Source: Patescibacteria group bacterium | GTDB lineage: Bacteria; Patescibacteriota; Minisyncoccia; Phycocordibacterales; JAACPR01 | Direction: 5' to 3' | NCBI GenBank assembly: GCA_022711495.1 | Contig: JAKLEX010000001.1 | Coordinates: 23,058-87,057, forward strand | Length of the DNA stretch: 64,000 nt | Shown here: one piece after another, positions 26,252-34,986 of the stretch | How positions within the stretch are numbered: the first letter of the stretch is position 1 | How the letters are laid out: each line of letters opens with the position of its first letter | Notes under the pieces: generated by a model | Told to the model about the DNA's origin: nothing | What the model saw: only the letters and a program-made list of their open reading frames with translations | Database searches by the model: none | Position numbers and translations under genes: made by a program

Positions 26252-26656
26252 ATGTTCAGTATTTTTCCAAATCTTTTGAACTTTAGTTTTTTCGCCGTGT
26301 CGGTTATTAGAATCTTGATTGGGCTGGTTCTGATATATCTCGGCTTGAGAACTTACTTTTACAAAAAGGCTGCGATAATAGAAAACTTGGCGGCTCGAAA
26401 CTACCCCATGACAAGATTTATACCTATAATCTCGGCACTTTTGTCCGTCATCACCGGAGGTTTCTTGGCCGTCGGATTTTTAACTCAAATCGCCGCAATT
26501 ATCTCGGCGTACGCTTTTCTGAATTTCGGAATGATTGACTTCGGAGAAACTAAGCCGCTGGGGCAATCGTGGTTGTTTTATTTCGTGATGACGGTTTTGT
26601 CGTTGGCCCTGGTATTTCTTGGCGCCGGCGCATTCGCCGTTGATCTGCCACTTTAA
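26252..26656 (+). CDS. DoxX-family membrane protein
   Basis: 134 aa with 4 TM helices. The pattern is DoxX-like (IRILIGLVLIYLGL...). Confidence 0.6.
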   Translation: MFSIFPNLLNFSFFAVSVIRILIGLVLIYLGLRTYFYKKAAIIENLAARNYPMTRFIPIISALLSVITGGFLAVGFLTQIAAIISAYAFLNFGMIDFGETKPLGQSWLFYFVMTVLSLALVFLGAGAFAVDLPL

Positions 26657-26703
26657 TTAGACTTTTCGGCGTTTTTTGTTATAGTTTTTCTTACCATTTA
26701 TTC

Positions 26704-26776
26704 CCGCTCATAGCTCAGGTGGTAGAGCACCTGCCTTTTAAGCAGAGGGTCGTAGGTTCGAGTCCTACTGAGCGGA
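26704..26776 (+). tRNA. tRNA-Lys (anticodon TTT)
   Basis: Hand-folded: acceptor CCGCTCA/TGAGCGG, D-stem GCTC/GAGC, anticodon loop CTTTTAA, T-arm GTAGG-TTCGAGT-CCTAC. Confidence 0.85.
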
Positions 26777-26778
26777 CA

Positions 26779-27537
26779 TTAAATCCCCAACACAAACTTT
26801 TCTAACCGCGCCTCTAGATCAACTCCTCCCCTCCGCGCCTCGTGGTACATGGAGACGATTTCTCGGGAAAGATTTTCCAACTCTTCTCCAGTGAAATTTT
26901 TTGAGTATCTTTTGGCTTTTGAATAGACAAATGGTTTAAGTCCGGCTTCTGCGGCAGAATTTGTCTGACTAGCAATTAGCATCGACTTTATCTGCCACCA
27001 CAAAATTCCGTGAATTTCTTCCGGAGCGGAATTTTTAACGGCCGACAAATATAGCAACCATAATTTTTTAGAATTTCTCTCGCCAAAAGCGTCGGTCAAA
27101 GCGAAATTCGAGGAAAGATCCGCCGAATTTTTATCAGAAGATTTTGTGCCGGCGAATTCTTGCGATTTCTCGGCAAATTTTTCTATCTTTTTCAAGTTTT
27201 TTGCGTCAATGTCGGGCTCAATCCAAATAAAAACGTTCTCCGATTCCTTCAGCTGGTTGAGCTTGTCTAAGATTTCGTTAAAGACATCCTCCTTTTCAGA
27301 AACTCGAGCGATCTCAACAATATATTTTTGAGTAAACAAAGATTGCCCGCCGATTAGCTCGTCAAATCCAGATGAAGAAAAATTATCCGTGTTAATTTTA
27401 AAAACTTCCGAGTTGGGTCGCTTCAACAGCATTGAATTTCTAAGCTCTGCCGCTTTCTTGAAACATTGTTTTGATTCGCCGTGAATAAAATAGAACATGG
27501 TCGTGAATATTTCTACATTTTTTTCATGTCTCCCCAA
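26779..27537 (-). CDS. holA: DNA polymerase III delta subunit-like (HolA)
   Basis: FYFIHGESKQ...SLFTQKYIVEI resembles the HolA N-terminal consensus (iYLLyGee...slFg.krlvvi). It lies directly downstream of polA. The likely start is the internal Met near 27498. Confidence 0.5.
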   Translation of the reverse strand: MGRHEKNVEIFTTMFYFIHGESKQCFKKAAELRNSMLLKRPNSEVFKINTDNFSSSGFDELIGGQSLFTQKYIVEIARVSEKEDVFNEILDKLNQLKESENVFIWIEPDIDAKNLKKIEKFAEKSQEFAGTKSSDKNSADLSSNFALTDAFGERNSKKLWLLYLSAVKNSAPEEIHGILWWQIKSMLIASQTNSAAEAGLKPFVYSKAKRYSKNFTGEELENLSREIVSMYHEARRGGVDLEARLEKFVLGI

Positions 27538-29867
27538 CTTTTGCCCGACAAACAGTCAACAATAACCGGAACTCCAAGAGCTTCTTCTTTCGTCAGGGCA
27601 TTTTCCAGAATCTCTTGAATTTTTGGCGCGTATTTTGCCGCCAATTTTTCGTTCATCTCATATATTACCTCATCGTGAATCTGAAGAATTATTTTGACCT
27701 GATCTAAAACGCCCTCATTTTTCAAATATTCGTGAACTAAGACCATAGCTCGTTTTATCAAATCCGCGGCAGTTCCTTGAATCGGCGCGTTTATGGCCAT
27801 TCTTTCAGCTTGAGCACGAATGTAAGGTAGCGGCGACTTAAAACCATCAAAATAGCGGCGGCGGCCAAATAACGTTCTAGTAAAGCCATTTTTAGCGGCC
27901 TCAACTTTGACTTGATCCAGATAATTAGCCAGATCAGTATAAATTTTAAAGTATTGATTGTAAAAGGTTTGAGCCTCCTCGCGACTTGAATTGAGACTTT
28001 CCTTCAGGGCGTTAACGCCCATGCCATACAAAATTCCGAAATTGATAATCTTCGCTCGGCGGCGCATCTCTTTGGTAACTTTATCCGGCGACACGGCGAA
28101 AATCTTGGAAGCGACGTCGCGGTGAATATCGTCGCCATTCTTGAAGGCTCCAATCATCTTTTTATCTTTTGATAAAATAGCGGCAATCCGAAGTTCAATT
28201 TGCGAATAATCAAAAGATACAAAAACATTTCCCTCTTCGGCCACAAAAGCCTCGCGGATTTTTCGGCCGCGCTCGGTGCCAATCGGAATATTTTGCAGAT
28301 TAGGATTGTTTGACGACATCCGTCCAGTTGTGGTGCCAGTCTGTGGAAAATTTGCATGCAAACGTCCGTCTGGGCCGACCAGTTTCGGAATATTGTCAAT
28401 GTAGGTTGACAATAATTTCTGAAATTCCCGATATTCCAAAATCTTTCCGACAATTTCGTGTTCGCTTTTGAGTTTTTGCAAAACATCTTCGCGCGTTGAT
28501 AAGCGACCGGTTGAAGTTTTGCGCATGCCCTTGTATTTTAACTGCATTTTTTCAAATAAAACTTGCGATAACTGTTGCGAAGAATTGATATTGAACTCCG
28601 CGCCGGACATTTTCCAGATTTCTCTTTCAAGTTTGGACAATTCGGCGGAATATTCAGAAGAAAGCCGCTCCAAAAAAACTTTATCTATTTTTACGCCGTT
28701 CTTTTCCATTTCCGACACTACTGGGATAAGCGGCTTCTCAATATCTTCAAAAACTTTTTTGAGGCCGTCTTTATCAATCTCTTTAAGAAGCTTGCTCCGC
28801 GCTGATTTTAAATCGCTTTCACCGGTATAATTTAAAATATCAAGCAACTGCGGGTCATTGATAGACGAATTCACCAGCCACAAAGCTATTTTGGTTTCAG
28901 CCAGAAGATCGGAGCTGCTATTATCCAAATTGAGAGCCGTTTGGCCAGAACTTTCCGCGGGTAAAATATCTTTGACTCGAACGGCCAGAGTTCTGAAATC
29001 CAATTCCCGAAACAGGGCTTGAACCGCGTCAGCCGAGACCGTCTCCCGCCAAGTTTTCTCTGGAATTTTAAATTCCACCGGCGCGTCTCGTCGAATCGTC
29101 GCCAACATTTTACTGAATTCAGCTTCTTCTTCGTTGTCTTTCAGCAGATTCAGTATCCGGTCAGTAATTCCGGCTTCCTTTAATTTTTCTGGGAACTTTC
29201 TGAGAGTTTTGTAGATGTCTTTGATTGACCCAAATTTAGAAATCAAAGTCGTGGCGGTCTTTTCGCCGATTCCACTGACGCCGATAATGTTGTCGCTCGG
29301 ATCGCCGCGCAGGCCCTTGTAATCCGGCAAAAGTTCCGGGCCGAATCCGAATCTCTCTCGCACGGCATTCTCATCATAGAGAATCGTATCTTTAATTCCC
29401 TTTTTCAGGGTATAGACCTGAACCGATTTCTTATCAACTAACTGCAAAGTGTCCATGTCACCAGAAGCAATTATCACTTCGGATTCGGATTTTAACTTCT
29501 CGGCCAGAGTTCCGAGGACATCATCGGCTTCATATCCTTCTTTCTCATAGATTGGGATATTAAAAGCCCGAAAGAAATCGTAAGCACGTTTTATTTGAGC
29601 GACCAATTCCTTATCGGCCTCTTTGCGACCGGCTTTGTAATCGGTGTAAGCTTCGTGGCGATAAGTTGGTTTGGGCAAATCAAAAGCAGCAATAATGTAA
29701 TCCGGTTTAAGTTCTTTGACGATTGAGATCAACATGGAGGCCAGGCCGTAAAGAGCGCCGGTTGGTTCTCCGTTCCGCGAAGAAAAATCCGGCAGCGCGT
29801 GATAGGCCCGATGCAAAATCGCGTGTGAATCAAGAAGCACTATTCTTTTTTTATTTTTTGAAGACAT
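27513..29867 (-). CDS. polA: DNA polymerase I, with a 5'-3' exonuclease domain and the polymerase domain
   Basis: The N-terminal 5'-nuclease motifs are present (LLDSHAILHRAYHAL; EADDVLGTLA). The polymerase motifs A/B/C are RRRAKIINFGILYG and HDE. At 784 aa, a 3'-5' exonuclease domain is either reduced or absent. Confidence 0.95.
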   Translation of the reverse strand: MSSKNKKRIVLLDSHAILHRAYHALPDFSSRNGEPTGALYGLASMLISIVKELKPDYIIAAFDLPKPTYRHEAYTDYKAGRKEADKELVAQIKRAYDFFRAFNIPIYEKEGYEADDVLGTLAEKLKSESEVIIASGDMDTLQLVDKKSVQVYTLKKGIKDTILYDENAVRERFGFGPELLPDYKGLRGDPSDNIIGVSGIGEKTATTLISKFGSIKDIYKTLRKFPEKLKEAGITDRILNLLKDNEEEAEFSKMLATIRRDAPVEFKIPEKTWRETVSADAVQALFRELDFRTLAVRVKDILPAESSGQTALNLDNSSSDLLAETKIALWLVNSSINDPQLLDILNYTGESDLKSARSKLLKEIDKDGLKKVFEDIEKPLIPVVSEMEKNGVKIDKVFLERLSSEYSAELSKLEREIWKMSGAEFNINSSQQLSQVLFEKMQLKYKGMRKTSTGRLSTREDVLQKLKSEHEIVGKILEYREFQKLLSTYIDNIPKLVGPDGRLHANFPQTGTTTGRMSSNNPNLQNIPIGTERGRKIREAFVAEEGNVFVSFDYSQIELRIAAILSKDKKMIGAFKNGDDIHRDVASKIFAVSPDKVTKEMRRRAKIINFGILYGMGVNALKESLNSSREEAQTFYNQYFKIYTDLANYLDQVKVEAAKNGFTRTLFGRRRYFDGFKSPLPYIRAQAERMAINAPIQGTAADLIKRAMVLVHEYLKNEGVLDQVKIILQIHDEVIYEMNEKLAAKYAPKIQEILENALTKEEALGVPVIVDCLSGKSWGDMKKM

Positions 29868-30387
29868 TTTTGAAAGCTTGAGCCAGGCGCCGGAACACGT
29901 TTGTTATAACACTCGCTCGCGGAGATTCAATCACTTCAACTTCACGGGTGTTTTCATCTATAAAAGTAAAATTGATTTTGGTCGTCTTTCTTGGCAAAGC
30001 TGACGCGATTTTTTCCGGCCACTCAATAAAGACGAGGTTCTCTGGATTGGCGATGGTGTCATCAAACCCGATAGGCCCAAGCTCATCAGTGGACTCAACT
30101 CTGTACATATCAAAATGATAGAGATTTTTCCAAGGAAAATTCTCGCTACCAGACAATCTAAAACGTCGTCTCATGATAAAAGTCGGGCTGGTTACTTCTT
30201 CCGTTATCCCCAATTCTTTGGCGAAGTACTTCATAAAAGTCGTCTTGCCGGATCCCAGATTTCCACACAGACCGACAATAATGGCTTTATTAGAAGATCC
30301 GCTTTCAGACACAAGTTTCTTTAGATGATTTAAAACGTGGTCCGCAACCCGCGTGAGTCCTCCCTCATTCTCAATCCGAAATTTCAT
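29851..30387 (-). CDS. tsaE: tRNA t6A37 biosynthesis ATPase TsaE (YjeE)
   Basis: GNLGSGKTTFMKYFAKELG...SPTFIMRRRF...HFDMYRV matches the TsaE signature. Confidence 0.85.
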   Translation of the reverse strand: MKFRIENEGGLTRVADHVLNHLKKLVSESGSSNKAIIVGLCGNLGSGKTTFMKYFAKELGITEEVTSPTFIMRRRFRLSGSENFPWKNLYHFDMYRVESTDELGPIGFDDTIANPENLVFIEWPEKIASALPRKTTKINFTFIDENTREVEVIESPRASVITNVFRRLAQAFKNVFKK

Positions 30388-30452
30388 GAGTCTATTTTAA
30401 CATTTAAAACGAAACTAACCTTTTCGCCGAAAATCTGTTAAAATAACTACAA

Positions 30453-32123
30453 ATGGTTCTCAAGTTTGATGAGGAAAAACAAAATAGCCGCGTGGCAGAG
30501 CTTCGACAAAAAGAAAGCGAAGATTTGGCCCAATACATGGCTTCAAAATATGGCATTCCATATGTGAATTTGTCTGAAATCACTATAGATACTAACGCCC
30601 TTAGACTTATTCGCGAAGACGAGGCTCGCTCCGCCCAGGTCGCCGGTTTTCAATTATTCAACAAAAAACTTGGCTTGGCCGTTCTGTCGGCTCAATCCGA
30701 AGCGGTACAGAAAATTGTTGAAGATTTTAACGCCCAAGGATACAACGTCCAGTTGGCCATCTGTTCGCCAAGCAGTCTTGAGCACGCCTGGACTAGATAC
30801 AAGGATATTTCTTTCGCCACCGCGACTGATGCCGGAACGTTGGACGTGGCCAGCGATTTCGTTGAGGAATTCATCAAAAAAGTCCGCTCAATTGACGGCG
30901 CTCGTAAACTGATTGAAGACGTCAAACAGATGAAGAAAAGTTTTCGCGTCTCGCGAATCGTGGAGATCGTCGTAGCCGCAGCCATCGCCTCAAAATCTTC
31001 CGACATACACGTTGAACCGGAAGAAGAATCCATCACAGTTCGCTTCAGAATAGACGGTGTTCTAACAAAGGTCACTTCGCTTGATTTTGAAACATATAAT
31101 TTGTTGCTATCAAGAATAAAACTTCTATCAGGATTAAAACTGAACATTAAAAACCAGGCGCAGAACGGACGCTTCAGCGTAAAGATCGGAGAGATTGAGT
31201 TTGAAATCCGAACCTCTACCCTACCGGGCAACAACGGTGAGTCTATCGTCATGAGATTACTTGACCCGAACTCGTTGTCCGTCCCTTTAACCGATTTGGG
31301 AATTCCTCAAAAACTGTTGGGCCTCTTAAATAAAGAAATTGAAAAACCGAACGGCTTGATCCTAAACACTGGACCGACCGGTTCCGGTAAGACCACGGCT
31401 CTTTACGCCTTTTTAAGCCGAATTAAAAACCCGGGCATAAAGATAATCACCATTGAAGACCCAATAGAATATCACCTCACCGGCGTTGTTCAAACACAAG
31501 TTGATCAGCACAAAAACTACGATTTTGCTTCCGGTTTGAAAAACTCCTTGCGACAAGATCCCGATGTCATCATGGTCGGCGAGATCCGTGACAACGACAC
31601 GGCCGAAACGGCTGTTCAAGCGGCGCTAACCGGCCACTTGGTCTTATCAACTCTTCACACCAACAGCGCCGCCGGCGCCTTTCCGCGGCTGACCGATCTT
31701 GGAGTTGACCCGAAAATCACGACCTCGGCCGTAAACGTCGTCATCGCTCAAAGATTGGTCCGAAGGATTTGCAAACATTGTGGTAAAAAAGTAAAAATCT
31801 CTTCCGACAAAATTGAAAGAGTCAAAAAATGTTACGACGGAATCGTTGACCGAGACATCCCGGCCTGGTCAGAGGAGGTTTACGAGGCTCAAGGCTGCGA
31901 GAAGTGCAACAACACGGGTTACTCCGGCCGAATAGGAATTTTCGAGGCGATTTTCATGGACAAAAAAGTTGAAGCGGCCGTCCACTCAATCGCCAGTGAA
32001 GACGAAATCGCAGAAACTGCCCGACCGCAAGGGGTCATGAACATGCAAGAAGACGGCTTAGTAAAAATCTTAGACGGAATCACGACCATTGATGAAGTTG
32101 AGAGAGTTGTTGGTTCCTTCTAG
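30453..32123 (+). CDS. pilB: Type IV pilus assembly ATPase PilB (GspE/PilB family)
   Basis: An N-terminal GspII_E-like domain is present. The Walker A is GPTGSGKTT. The Asp/His boxes and the tetra-Cys motif are CKHCGKK...CEKCNNTG. Confidence 0.9.
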   Translation: MVLKFDEEKQNSRVAELRQKESEDLAQYMASKYGIPYVNLSEITIDTNALRLIREDEARSAQVAGFQLFNKKLGLAVLSAQSEAVQKIVEDFNAQGYNVQLAICSPSSLEHAWTRYKDISFATATDAGTLDVASDFVEEFIKKVRSIDGARKLIEDVKQMKKSFRVSRIVEIVVAAAIASKSSDIHVEPEEESITVRFRIDGVLTKVTSLDFETYNLLLSRIKLLSGLKLNIKNQAQNGRFSVKIGEIEFEIRTSTLPGNNGESIVMRLLDPNSLSVPLTDLGIPQKLLGLLNKEIEKPNGLILNTGPTGSGKTTALYAFLSRIKNPGIKIITIEDPIEYHLTGVVQTQVDQHKNYDFASGLKNSLRQDPDVIMVGEIRDNDTAETAVQAALTGHLVLSTLHTNSAAGAFPRLTDLGVDPKITTSAVNVVIAQRLVRRICKHCGKKVKISSDKIERVKKCYDGIVDRDIPAWSEEVYEAQGCEKCNNTGYSGRIGIFEAIFMDKKVEAAVHSIASEDEIAETARPQGVMNMQEDGLVKILDGITTIDEVERVVGSF

Positions 32124-32223
32124 CCCGACGAAAAATAGAAAACAAAAAAAGGGGCTTGGCTAGTTGAATTTGAAATAGATATAACTAATATAACTTACAG
32201 AACGCCAAGTGACGGAAAGTTCC

Positions 32224-32379
32224 AAGACATAAACCTCTAAGCAAAACCTTTAAATACTGAGACCTAAAGGCAGGTAATTATCTAAGGATGGCATCAGTTA
32301 AACGACTTGCGTCGTCACCAAAAGCGTCCTCGATGAAACACCGATGGGATCGCCCCCTTTGCTTAGAGATTTATGTCTT
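32224..32379. repeat. A 22-bp inverted repeat pair (1 mismatch) enclosing 112 bp, inside the 323-bp non-coding pilB-ruvB spacer; candidate structured RNA or miniature inverted-repeat element
   Basis: aagacataaacctctaagcaaa (32224-32245) is the reverse complement of tttgcttagagatttatgtctt (32358-32379), apart from one c/t mismatch. A GGGGC...GCCCCC complementarity is also present (32151-32155 vs 32352-32357). Confidence 0.7.
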
Positions 32380-32446
32380 CGAGCGGTAGAAATTCAGGTA
32401 TTGTGTAAAAAGCTTTATACCTGGTATAATAACATATACGAATATT

Positions 32447-33478
32447 ATGTCAAGTACTTCCCCCAAACAAAACGACACGGCCCAAAATAATAAGATAGAT
32501 AGCTTTTTAGATCAAGAGCTACGACCAACAACATGGGATGAATATGTCGGTCAAAAAAACACCAAAGATAACCTCAATATCCTCCTAAAAGCCGCCAAAC
32601 AAAGGGCTCATCCGCCGGAACATTTACTATTTTACGGTCCGCCAGGGTTGGGGAAAACTACTCTGGCCTATCTTATCGCTCATCATACAAATTCACAGAT
32701 TAAAACGACCTCCGGTCCGGCCATAGAAAAAGTCGGCGACATCGCTTCAATTCTAACGAACCTAAATCCAGGAGATATTTTATTCATAGATGAAGTTCAT
32801 CGACTTAATAAATCCATAGAAGAAGTACTTTACCCCGCTATGGAATCGGGAAGTTTAAATATAATAATCGGCAAGGGACCATCAGCGAGAACTTTGCAAC
32901 TTGAATTGCCGCCTTTTACCCTAATCGCGGCCACAACAAGAATCTCCATGATTTCTTCCCCGCTCCGCTCTCGTTTTTCCGGCGGAATTTATAAATTAGA
33001 ATTCTATTCGGAAGAAGAGATAGAGAAAATCCTTGAGCGTTCGGCGAAGATTTTAGGAATTAAAATAGACAAGGACGCGGCCAAAGAAATCGCCAAGAGA
33101 AGCCGCCAAACGCCGCGCACTGCGAACTATTTATTGCGACGATGCCGAGATTACGCACAAGTTCACGGTTTGGATCTTGATGAAGAGACCGTAGAGAAAA
33201 CTCTTTCCATGTTGCAGATAGACAAAATTGGCTTAACTCGGGCCGATCTAACTATTCTGAAGACAATCATAGAAAAATTCGGCGGCGGACCGGTCGGTTT
33301 AAATACTCTGGCCACGGCTCTGTCGGAAGAAACCGGCACATTGGAAGAATTTAACGAACCATATCTGATTCAGCTTGGTTTTATAGAAAGAACACAACGG
33401 GGCCGAGTGGCGACCGAACTTGGTTATAAGCACCTGGGTATAGAACCGCCCGCGGATTTGCAAAAAAAGCTTATCTAA
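32447..33478 (+). CDS. ruvB: Holliday junction DNA helicase RuvB
   Basis: The AAA+ Walker A is LLFYGPPGLGKTTLA and the Walker B is FIDEVHRL. A C-terminal winged helix follows. Confidence 0.95.
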   Translation: MSSTSPKQNDTAQNNKIDSFLDQELRPTTWDEYVGQKNTKDNLNILLKAAKQRAHPPEHLLFYGPPGLGKTTLAYLIAHHTNSQIKTTSGPAIEKVGDIASILTNLNPGDILFIDEVHRLNKSIEEVLYPAMESGSLNIIIGKGPSARTLQLELPPFTLIAATTRISMISSPLRSRFSGGIYKLEFYSEEEIEKILERSAKILGIKIDKDAAKEIAKRSRQTPRTANYLLRRCRDYAQVHGLDLDEETVEKTLSMLQIDKIGLTRADLTILKTIIEKFGGGPVGLNTLATALSEETGTLEEFNEPYLIQLGFIERTQRGRVATELGYKHLGIEPPADLQKKLI

Positions 33479-33507
33479 ACTTATTAAAAATAGAAAATAT
33501 TAAATCC

Positions 33508-34038
33508 ATGTCAGGTCACAATAAGTGGTCAAAAATAAAGAACAAAAAAGGCGCTGAAGACGCGAAGAAAAGCCGAGTTTTTTCAAAGTATTCAAAACTA
33601 ATCACGGCCGAATCTAAAAAGGCCGGAGGCAATGTCTCTTCCCCATCTTTAGCCGCGGTGATTGAAACGGCCAAGAAAGAAAACATGCCCAAAGACACCA
33701 TTGAGCGCGCGGTGAAAAAAGGAATGGACCCCGGCACAGCAAACATAGAGGCCGTAATGTATGAAACCTACGGACCAGGCGGAGTAGCCATCATCATTGA
33801 GGCCTTGACCGACAACAAAAATCGAACGGCGCCAGAAATTCGTCACCTTTTAACGAAAAATGGTTATGAACTGGCTCAACCCGGAGCGGCTTCTTGGGCT
33901 TTTAAAAAAGAAAACGGCAAATGGGTAGCACAAACATTGATAAGTCTGTCGGACGCGGACTTGGAGCTCCTCTCAAAACTCGTTGAGGAGTTGGAAGACA
34001 CGGAAGACGTTCAGGAAGTGTTCACTAACGCCGAATAA
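33508..34038 (+). CDS. YebC/PmpR (TACO1) family transcriptional regulator-like protein, short form
   Basis: MSGHNKWSKIKNKKGAEDAKKSRVFSKYSK...NMPKDTIERAVKKG matches the YebC N-terminal consensus (MAGHSKWANIKHRK...NMPKDNIERAIKKG). It lies between ruvB and ruvC, as is common. Confidence 0.8.
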   Translation: MSGHNKWSKIKNKKGAEDAKKSRVFSKYSKLITAESKKAGGNVSSPSLAAVIETAKKENMPKDTIERAVKKGMDPGTANIEAVMYETYGPGGVAIIIEALTDNKNRTAPEIRHLLTKNGYELAQPGAASWAFKKENGKWVAQTLISLSDADLELLSKLVEELEDTEDVQEVFTNAE

Positions 34039-34055
34039 AGTTAAAATTTAACTAA

Positions 34056-34541
34056 ATGAAAATCATCGCCGTTGATCCTGGTTATGAAAGATTGGGAATC
34101 GCCATCTTGGACGCAGAGAAACCAGAAAAAGAATCTTTGGTTTTTTCCGAGTGTTTTAGAACTTCGGCAAAAGAAAGTCACCCAGAACGTCTAGCCAAAA
34201 TTCAAAACGAGATCGGTAATTTAATAAATAAATTCAAGCCGAAAGAATTGGCCATTGAAAGTCTGTTCTTCAACTCTAACCAAAAAACAGCCCTGAAGGT
34301 CGCCGAGACGCGCGGTACGATAATCTCCCTAGCCAAGAATTCGGAATTGGAAGTTTTTGAATACTCTCCTCAAGAAATCAAAATCGCCATCACCGGCAAC
34401 GGCCGAAGCGACAAAAGTTCCGTCGCCAAAATGCTCTCTTTGATATTAAAACTAGGACCAGAGATAAAATACGACGACGAATTTGACGCCATCGCCTGTG
34501 GCGTAACACATCTATCTTCATTGAAAACACGGGGGCGATAG
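34056..34541 (+). CDS. ruvC: Crossover junction endodeoxyribonuclease RuvC
   Basis: MKIIAVDPGYERLGIAIL is the RNase H-like fold with the catalytic Asp/Glu pattern. 161 aa. Confidence 0.9.
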   Translation: MKIIAVDPGYERLGIAILDAEKPEKESLVFSECFRTSAKESHPERLAKIQNEIGNLINKFKPKELAIESLFFNSNQKTALKVAETRGTIISLAKNSELEVFEYSPQEIKIAITGNGRSDKSSVAKMLSLILKLGPEIKYDDEFDAIACGVTHLSSLKTRGR

Positions 34542-34714
34542 ACTTCATGTCGCCGCCTCTGGAGGTAAATGGCCGATTTCTGGGGTCAAATGACCGATTT
34601 TCTAGAGATAACTTGACTCGCGGATATTTTTTCCACAGGTTTCTGCTTTTAGCCATTGGCGACTAAAAAAATATTTGCTACAAGTATATCTAATTAGTTT
34701 TTTAATTTAAAACC

Positions 34715-34957
34715 ATGGATGAAGTTGAAGAAACAAACAGCCCCGGAGAAAACGAAGATATTGATTCTTTGCTGGAAATTGATAATGCCGAGGACGGCGA
34801 TTTGGTGGACGATGGAGAGGAACTGACCGTGGATCCGTTGATAACTAAGACCGCCCATGTCGAGGAAGAAGGTCCTGCGGAAGAAAATGGGGATGACGAG
34901 GAAGAGGAAGACGATGGGGTAGACACCGAAAGTTTTGAAGACGTCGTAAATTTTTAA
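34715..34957 (+). CDS. Small, extremely acidic hypothetical protein (80 aa, ~45% Asp/Glu)
   Basis: MDEVEETNSPGENEDIDSLLEIDNAEDGDLVDDGEELTVD...EEEEDDGVDTESFEDVVNF. I prefer it over the antisense Ser-rich ORF (34702-34926) because of its strand context and its ATG start after an AT-rich spacer. Confidence 0.4.
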   Translation: MDEVEETNSPGENEDIDSLLEIDNAEDGDLVDDGEELTVDPLITKTAHVEEEGPAEENGDDEEEEDDGVDTESFEDVVNF

Positions 34958-34986
34958 ATCACCTCAACCTTAGCAGCTTATCTTCA

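Noticed and set aside
32124-32446. RNase P RNA, tmRNA, SRP RNA or a TPP riboswitch in the pilB-ruvB spacer
   Set aside because: By eye none of the diagnostic motifs is present: no P4 GGAAAGUCCGG/ACAGAAxCCGGCUUA pair, no tRNA-like T-arm plus tag ORF, no GGUGCUGUUUACC/GGAAGCAGCC, and although there is a CUGAGA there is no TPP pyrimidine-sensing helix. It stays an unassigned structured region.
34702-34926. A 74-aa poly-Ser ORF on the minus strand
   Set aside because: It is the antisense shadow of the GA-rich acidic ORF 34715-34957. It is pure low-complexity and has no independent start context, so I preferred the plus-strand reading.
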